Notes under the pieces: model-generated
What the model saw: only the letters and a program-made list of their open reading frames with translations
Databases searched by the model: none
What the model was told of the DNA's origin: nothing
NCBI GenBank assembly: GCA_964549495.1
Contig: CAZJWJ010000001.1
Span: 3,020 to 67,019, forward strand
Direction: 5' to 3'
Length of the DNA stretch: 64,000 bases
Source of the DNA: an uncultured Anaerolineales bacterium
GTDB lineage: Bacteria; Chloroflexota; Anaerolineae; Epilineales; Epilineaceae
Shown: positions 58,593 through 64,000 of the stretch, one piece after another
Numbering within the stretch: the stretch's first letter is position 1
Layout of the letters: the number at the start of each line of letters is the position of its first letter
Translations under genes and position numbers: made by a program

Positions 58593-61288
58593 GCCTGGAG
58601 TTCCTGCGTCCGGCCGCCTTGCTGGCCCTGCTGTTCTTGCCGGCCGTGGCCTGGCTGGGGCTGCGCGCGCGACGCCTGCCGGCGGGCCGGCGGCGGCTGG
58701 CGGTCGCCTTGCGCCTCCTGCTGCTCTCCCTGATCATCCTCGGCTTGGCGCGACCGCGGCTGTGGCAGCCCGCAGGCCAGCGGGCGGCAGTGCTGATGCT
58801 GGATGCCTCGGGCAGCCTGCCGGTCGACGAGCGGGCACGGGCCGAGACCTTCGCGGCGCGAGTGGCCGAGGTCAGCCGGGAGGACCGCGAGATGGCCTTG
58901 CTGCTCTTCGGCGGCGACGCGCGGGTCGATCGAGGGATGCGCGCGGGCGCGCTGGAGACGCCGCGCAGCGAGGTCGACGATGGCGCCACCGACATCGCGG
59001 CCGCCTTGCGCTTGGGCGCCAGCTTGCTGCCGGCCGGCAGCTCGGGCCGGCTGCTCCTGGCCTCCGATGGCCGGGCCAACCAGGGCGACCTGAGCCGCGA
59101 GACGGCTTTGCTGCAGGCCCGCGGCATCCCGGTCGACATCCTGCCCTTGGCCGCCGGCGTCAGCGGTGCCGAGGCCTGGATCGCCGGCATCGAGGCCGCT
59201 GCTTCGGCGCGGGTGGGCCAGCGCCTGAACCTGGAGGTCGAGCTGGGGGCCACCGCGGCCGGGCCGGCGCGGCTGGTGCTGCTGCGCGAGGGCGAGGTGA
59301 TCGGCGAGCGCGGGCTGGAGCTGCAGCCGGGCAGCCAGCGGCTGCGCTTCTCCGACCGGGCCGAGGAGTCCGGGCCGCTGCGCTACAGCGCCATCTTGGA
59401 GGCGCAACGCGACGGCCGGCAGGAGAACAACCGGGCCGCGGCCCTCACGCTGGTCTCCGGCCCGCCGCGGCTGGCCCTCTTGGCCGGCCAGCCCGAGCGT
59501 GCCGCCGCCTTGCGCGCGGCGCTGCGGGCCGCCGGTCGGGAGGTCGAGACGGTCGACCCGGCCGCGCTGCCCGCCTCGCCACTGGCCCTCTCGGCCTGGG
59601 ATGCCTTCCTGCTGGTCGACCTACCGGCCAGCGCCCTGCCGCCCTCGAGCCAGGAGGCCCTGGGCCGCGCGGTGCGAGACTTGGGCCGCGGGCTGGTCAT
59701 GATCGGCGGGCGGGACAGCTTCGGTGCCGGAGGCTGGCAGGGCAGCCCGGTCGAGGCCGCCTTGCCGGTGGAGATGCGGGTCGGGGCCGACGAGCGGCGG
59801 CCGGCCATCGCGCTCTACTTCCTCATCGACCGTTCCAGCAGCATGGGCGAGCCGGTCTCGGCCCTGCGCGGCGCGCCCAGCAAGCTCGACTTGGCCAAGG
59901 AGGCCGTGCTGCAAGCCGCCGACCTGCTCAGGCCCGAGGACCAGCTGGGGGTCTTGGCCTTCGACATCGCGGCCGCGGCCAGTTGGCCCTTGCAGCCGGC
60001 CGGTGACCGCATCGGCCTGGAGGAGGCGCTGGCCGGTATCGGCGCCCAGGGCGGCACCAGCCTGACGGCCGGGCTCACGCCGGCGCGGCGCGCGCTGGCC
60101 GAGGCCGAGGCGCCGCGCAAGCACGCCATCCTGCTCTCGGACGGCTGGACCGAGGTCGGCGGCATCGAGGCGGCGCTGCTGGAGGCCACGGGCATGGCCG
60201 CCGAGGGCATCGGCTTGTCGGTGGTGGCCCTGGGCGCGGACGCGGCGCAGGAATTGGTCGATGTGGCGGCCATCGGCGGGGGCCGGCACCTGCCGGCCGT
60301 CGATGCGGCCGAGCTGCCGCGGATCTTCGTCTCCGAGACCCAGCTGGTACTCGGCAGCTACCTGGTCGAGGCGCGCTTCCAGCCCCTGCCGGCCGAGCCC
60401 AGCCCGATCCTGCAGGGGCTGGACGTCGAGGCGCTTCCCGTCCTGGACGGCTACAACGCCACCACCGCCAAGCCCGGCGCCACGGTGGCGCTGACCAGCC
60501 TGCTGGAGGATCCGATCCTGGCCCACTGGCAGTCTGGTCTGGGCCGGGCGGCGGCCTGGACGAGCGACCTCGACATCGCCTGGGCCGGCGCCTGGTTGGA
60601 CGGCGACGAGCTGCCGGTTCTGGCCGGCCAGCTGGTCGACTGGGTGCTGCCGCCGCCGGAGTCGGAGGATCTGGAGCTGCGGACGCGCCTGGACGGCCGG
60701 CGCTTGGAGGTCGAGGCCCTGCTGACCGTGGAGGACGCGGCGGGCGGTGACGGTGACTCGGAAGACGTGGCGACTGCGGTGGCCGAGGATGTCGAGACGG
60801 TCGACCTGCGGCTCCTGGGACCGGACGGTAGCAGCATCGACCTCGGGATGGACGCGGTCGAGTCCCGCCGTTTCGAGAGCGGTGTCGAGCTCCCCGGCGA
60901 GGGCGCCTGGCTCCTGCGCGCCACCGCGCGCGACGCGGCCGGCCAAGCGCTCCTATCACGCAACGCGGGCATCGTGCTGCCGCTGGCACCCGAGTACGCC
61001 GACCTGGGTGGTCAGCCGACCGACGCCCGCCTCTTCGCGCTGGCCGAGGCCACCGGCGGCCGCGTCCTCGAGCTCGAGCAGGCCGAGGCCGTCTTCGACC
61101 CGGTGCCCGGCGCACGCGCGGCCACAGAGCTCTGGCCCTGGCTCCTCACCTTGGCGGCGCTGCTGTTGCCCTTGGACGTGGCGCTACGCCGGCTGGGGCT
61201 GCTGCGGGCGTTGCGCGAACGTTGGCGTACTCGAGGTGGCTCGGGCCGAACAGGCAACCGCCTAGAGCGCCCTGTTGTGACGGACTGA
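58589..61288 (+). CDS. Large membrane protein with two vWA domains (BatB/aerotolerance-operon-like)
   Basis: A GTG at 58589 overlaps the upstream stop (GTGA). N-terminal TM pair. MIDAS motifs are MLDASGSL and FLIDRSSSM. C-terminal TM (LWPWLLTLAALLLPLDVAL). Confidence 0.7.
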   Translation: MSLEFLRPAALLALLFLPAVAWLGLRARRLPAGRRRLAVALRLLLLSLIILGLARPRLWQPAGQRAAVLMLDASGSLPVDERARAETFAARVAEVSREDREMALLLFGGDARVDRGMRAGALETPRSEVDDGATDIAAALRLGASLLPAGSSGRLLLASDGRANQGDLSRETALLQARGIPVDILPLAAGVSGAEAWIAGIEAAASARVGQRLNLEVELGATAAGPARLVLLREGEVIGERGLELQPGSQRLRFSDRAEESGPLRYSAILEAQRDGRQENNRAAALTLVSGPPRLALLAGQPERAAALRAALRAAGREVETVDPAALPASPLALSAWDAFLLVDLPASALPPSSQEALGRAVRDLGRGLVMIGGRDSFGAGGWQGSPVEAALPVEMRVGADERRPAIALYFLIDRSSSMGEPVSALRGAPSKLDLAKEAVLQAADLLRPEDQLGVLAFDIAAAASWPLQPAGDRIGLEEALAGIGAQGGTSLTAGLTPARRALAEAEAPRKHAILLSDGWTEVGGIEAALLEATGMAAEGIGLSVVALGADAAQELVDVAAIGGGRHLPAVDAAELPRIFVSETQLVLGSYLVEARFQPLPAEPSPILQGLDVEALPVLDGYNATTAKPGATVALTSLLEDPILAHWQSGLGRAAAWTSDLDIAWAGAWLDGDELPVLAGQLVDWVLPPPESEDLELRTRLDGRRLEVEALLTVEDAAGGDGDSEDVATAVAEDVETVDLRLLGPDGSSIDLGMDAVESRRFESGVELPGEGAWLLRATARDAAGQALLSRNAGIVLPLAPEYADLGGQPTDARLFALAEATGGRVLELEQAEAVFDPVPGARAATELWPWLLTLAALLLPLDVALRRLGLLRALRERWRTRGGSGRTGNRLERPVVTD

Positions 61289-61336
61289 TCGGGGCCAGCG
61301 GAGTCTCTCCGCGCAGCTCGTACGCGGATTTCGCCT

Positions 61337-62581
61337 TCAATCGAGACGACCCAGGATTCGAGGCTCAACGGGATGTGACACGTCGACGATGGTCAGGACG
61401 AGCCCGACCGCGTCCAACACCTCCAGGAGGAACACCCGATCGCCTTGGGTCGCCATGCTGTAGGTGTACTTGTCGTAACCCCCGTATCCGAGCGGCAGCC
61501 GACCGACGCGAGGAATGTCGATCGGCACTTGATCCCCCTGCATCGAGGGTGGCTCGAAGGCGTAGAGCGCTAGGGTCCCGCAGTCCTCCGGCATACGCGC
61601 GACCAGCTGCTGTTCGGCACCCAGCAACTCGCCGATGCATGGCCACTCGAAGGCATCCAGCGAGATCCGCCCGGCCCAGGCAGGTGTATCCAGATCGCTG
61701 ATATCTGCCACGAAGAGACGGTGATGATCGGTCAGATAGGCCTTGTCGTCGAGTATCGTGGCCATGAAGGTGTCCGACCCATCGTCGGAGGCGGAGTCCG
61801 GGTCAGGATCGGACAACAAGCCGGTCACCCTTGGGGAGTCGGGATCACTCAGGTCCAAGAGCTCGAGCGCGTTGCGACCCACCTCCCCGGGCTCGTGCAG
61901 GCGTCCGGCCAGCACGGCCCGCTGGCCTTCAAGGGCGATATCGAAGACGAACACCGCGGTCGGAAGCATGTCGACCACTCGAGGCTCGCTGGGCTCGCTG
62001 GCATCGACGACCAACAGTCCCGGGCCCACGAAGTCGCAGGTGGGCTGATCTTCCTGGCATTCTCGATATCCGCCGCCCACGTAGACCCGCGACCCTACGG
62101 CCATCAGGGTCAACGAGCTCCAGTCGAGACGCATGATGGAGGCTCTTCGCGGGTAGAAAGGCTGCTCGACGTCGATGATATGAAGTGTCGAGTGCTCGTA
62201 TTGGTAGATGAGCACGAAGAGCCGGCTCCCGGAGATCGCCATGTCCGTCACGATTCCGCCCTGGTCTGGCCAGGCCGTGTTGCCCACCAGTCGAGGGTCG
62301 GTCGGATCCGAGACGTCGATGACAGAGAGTTCGGTCTCACGCCCGGAACCAGGGCGGCTGATCGCGTAGGCAAAGTCCCCGTCGACGGCCACCAGCGACT
62401 CGTAGACATCGCCCTGCAACCGATGGGGGCCTCGTTCGACGACCGGTAGGTAGATCTCGAACTGCTGGTCGGGGCGGTTCGGACTCGAGCCGCGAGCGAA
62501 GTCGCCGAGCAGCAGGGGGATGAGCGCGCTGGTCAGCGCGAGCAGGCATGCCGATCGGAACCAGCGCTGCTTCGGGATCAT
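61337..62581 (-). CDS. Secreted LVIVD-repeat-like beta-propeller protein
   Basis: ATG 62581 gives a signal peptide (FRSACLLALTSALIPLLLG). Repeats are present (VIDVSDPTDPRLV, IIDVEQPFYPRRA, VVDASEPSEPRVV, LLDLSDPDSPRVT, VADISDLDTPAWA, IVDVSHPVEPRIL). The track ORF extension to 63787 is out of frame with the upstream gene. Confidence 0.7.
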   Translation of the reverse strand: MIPKQRWFRSACLLALTSALIPLLLGDFARGSSPNRPDQQFEIYLPVVERGPHRLQGDVYESLVAVDGDFAYAISRPGSGRETELSVIDVSDPTDPRLVGNTAWPDQGGIVTDMAISGSRLFVLIYQYEHSTLHIIDVEQPFYPRRASIMRLDWSSLTLMAVGSRVYVGGGYRECQEDQPTCDFVGPGLLVVDASEPSEPRVVDMLPTAVFVFDIALEGQRAVLAGRLHEPGEVGRNALELLDLSDPDSPRVTGLLSDPDPDSASDDGSDTFMATILDDKAYLTDHHRLFVADISDLDTPAWAGRISLDAFEWPCIGELLGAEQQLVARMPEDCGTLALYAFEPPSMQGDQVPIDIPRVGRLPLGYGGYDKYTYSMATQGDRVFLLEVLDAVGLVLTIVDVSHPVEPRILGRLD

Positions 62582-63744
62582 GGCGTGATGAAGTCGCGGA
62601 CCTCGGCCTGCATCTCGGCCTTGCGCATCTCCGCTTCGACGGCGGCCGGGTCCAGGGAGAGCGAGGAGATGTCCTCGGTCACGTCGAGGATGAAGTTGGC
62701 CCGGGCCCAGAGCGTGCGGACCGCGTCGCGGATCTCGGGTTCGGCCTTCAGTTTGTCGTAGTCGCCGGGGTGGTTGTTGCGTCCATGGCGCAGGTAGAGC
62801 TGGGTGTAGAGCATGAAGGTGACCAGGCCGTCGCGGTCGCTCTGGCGCCGGCCCGCCGGCGTCTGATCGTGCAGGCCGTAGCCCACGAAGAGCGAGTGCG
62901 TGTAGGCGTTGAACTCGTCGAGCACGGTCAAGAAGCCTTGTTGTCCGCTTTGGCCTTCCAGGTAGATCGGCCTGTATTGGTTGTCGAGGGCCCCGACCAA
63001 GTACTGCGCGATCTCGGCCCGTGGGTAGGTCTCGATCCGCGGCACCAGCAAGGTCAGGTCGTCGCGGAGAACGTAGGCGTAGCTCTGCAGCCCCGTGGCC
63101 AGGATGCCTTGCTGCCAGCCGAGCTGGTGGTCCATCTCGTGCACGGTGACGCCGACGCGCCCAAGCAGGTCGTCGAAGCTGGCCGGCGGCCTGCCGCCCA
63201 TCCAGATCAAGGCATTGCTCTGGCTGTCGTCCAGCTCGGTGACGATGTAGCGACCGCTGGAATAGCGGCGCTCGAGCAGCGTCAGCAGCGTCGCGTACCA
63301 GTCCGCGCTGCGGTAGCCGGAGCGCAGGTCGTCGATCGGGTCGAGATCGGTCAGCGGCTCGTCGTAGGCGCCCCACCAGGGAAGGTCCACGGTCGGCATC
63401 GCCGTCGGCGTCGGGGGCTCGGTGGGGGCCTGGGTCGGGGTGGCCGGCGGCTCGGTGGGTGCCGATGTCGGCTCGGAGGTCGCCGTGGCCGGCTCGGCCG
63501 GGTCGGGCAGCGGCATCTGCTCCAGGCGGATGTCGGCCATGGCCAGGGGCAGATGGATGATCGCGGCCGGCTCCTCCTGGGCCGGGCCGGCCGGCGCGGC
63601 GTGCACCACCGCCGGGCGGGCCGGACTCGAGAGGCCGACGATCATCGATCGCGCGGGGATCGCGGTCAGCGCGAACCCGGTCGCGATCAGGAGGAGTCCA
63701 AGACCCCACCGTCGGCGCCCGATTCCAAGCCTTGTCTCGTTCAT
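62578..63744 (-). CDS. Secreted/anchored hypothetical protein with a HExxH motif (possible zinc metallopeptidase)
   Basis: N-terminal TM/signal (WGLGLLLIATGFALTAIPA), a Pro/Thr-rich linker, and VTVHEMDHQLGW. ATGA overlap with the downstream LVIVD gene. Confidence 0.6.
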   Translation of the reverse strand: MNETRLGIGRRRWGLGLLLIATGFALTAIPARSMIVGLSSPARPAVVHAAPAGPAQEEPAAIIHLPLAMADIRLEQMPLPDPAEPATATSEPTSAPTEPPATPTQAPTEPPTPTAMPTVDLPWWGAYDEPLTDLDPIDDLRSGYRSADWYATLLTLLERRYSSGRYIVTELDDSQSNALIWMGGRPPASFDDLLGRVGVTVHEMDHQLGWQQGILATGLQSYAYVLRDDLTLLVPRIETYPRAEIAQYLVGALDNQYRPIYLEGQSGQQGFLTVLDEFNAYTHSLFVGYGLHDQTPAGRRQSDRDGLVTFMLYTQLYLRHGRNNHPGDYDKLKAEPEIRDAVRTLWARANFILDVTEDISSLSLDPAAVEAEMRKAEMQAEVRDFITP

Positions 63745-63823
63745 CGCCTACCCTCCCCCGGTGGCATCCGTCCTCTGGACGCGGCATGATATCCCGAAGT
63801 CGAGGACCGACACAAAGGAGCGC

Positions 63824-64000
63824 ATGGTGAACGCGAGGGTCGATTCGAATCCGACGTCCGAGGCGACGGCGCTCGACTGGGCGCGTCAGCTGCTGGTGAT
63901 CCTGGCATTGGCCGGCACGCTGTACGTCAACTACCTGTCGAACGCGCTGCCGATCAACGGCCGCACGCCGGCCGACATATCCGACAGCTTCCCCAGCCTG
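63824..64000 (+). CDS. Membrane protein, TspO/MBR-related N-terminus (partial, runs off the window)
   Basis: AAAGGAG lies 4 nt upstream of ATG 63824, and the frame is open to the window end. LLVILALAGTLYVNYLSNALPINGRTPADISDSFPSL resembles the N-terminus of TspO-related proteins. Confidence 0.45.
   Translation, partial: MVNARVDSNPTSEATALDWARQLLVILALAGTLYVNYLSNALPINGRTPADISDSFPSL

Noticed and set aside
56910-60946. Minus-strand ORFs 56910..58019, 58033..59253 and 59621..60946
   Set aside because: They are antisense to the two vWA genes, which carry MIDAS motifs and TM anchors.
62548-63789. 413-aa plus-strand ORF, and the upstream extension (62582..63787) of ORF 61337..63787
   Set aside because: They overlap the HExxH gene in other frames. 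The extension lacks a signal peptide, while ATG 62581 provides one and is coupled by ATGA to the upstream stop.
63836-63860. tRNA-like T-loop string GTCGATTCGAATCCGAC
   Set aside because: Only 4 of 5 T-stem pairs form, and there is no acceptor, D or anticodon arm around it. It lies inside a well-started coding frame.

Overview
High-GC (roughly 65-72% by eye) bacterial chromosomal window, densely coding on both strands, with about 50 supportable CDS. I saw no rRNA, tRNA, CRISPR array, transposase or integrase. Because of the GC content the six-frame track is full of long antisense or out-of-frame shadow ORFs (Arg/Ala/Gly/Pro-rich, no motifs). I called genes only where I could read family motifs, signal peptides, start/stop coupling or GC3 bias. 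The ORF track prints GTG/TTG starts as M, so several starts were re-placed.

Content in order:
- PLP Cys/Met enzyme and a beta-CASP MBL hydrolase (-).
- An orphan OmpR-type response regulator that lacks the phospho-acceptor Asp.
- The most unusual locus (3.8-10.1 kb): a 74-codon LysW-like zinc-ribbon carrier protein with a long Asp/aromatic tail, then a hairpin, then five translationally coupled genes. These are three different ATP-grasp ligases (one with permuted motif order, one GshB-like, one RimK/LysX-like fused to a TrkA-C domain and a polybasic tail) interleaved with two AstE/AspA zinc hydrolases. No lysZYJK genes are present.
- A P1B heavy-metal ATPase, and an ArsR-SRPBCC fusion with an operator palindrome.
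- A BNR membrane protein and an M20 peptidase.
- An ECF sigma / anti-sigma-like / discoidin module.
- A molybdopterin oxidoreductase and a TolB-like lipoprotein.
- A visibly lower-GC nitrosative/Fe-S stress island: Crp/Fnr, a triplicated 4-TM membrane protein plus two single-module paralogues, cupin, RIC/YtfE, and a SufR-like regulator.
- A sensor-nucleotidyltransferase fusion, a BNR sialidase-like exoprotein, an FmdB zinc ribbon, fdhD, and an ABC-F ATPase.
- Several secreted beta-propeller proteins (NHL, Kelch, LVIVD) and a clan-A glycoside hydrolase with a Pro/Thr repeat linker.
- recO, a fused glyQS, and RidA.
- A TPP-riboswitch-controlled ykoF-like plus thiXYZ-type ABC operon.
- A CAP-domain protein, two large BatA/vWA membrane proteins, and a HExxH protein coupled to an LVIVD propeller.

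The gene repertoire (LysW-like protein, DUF5667-type anti-sigma, LVIVD/NHL exoproteins) would fit Chloroflexota/Thermomicrobia-like or a similar high-GC lineage. That is only a guess.
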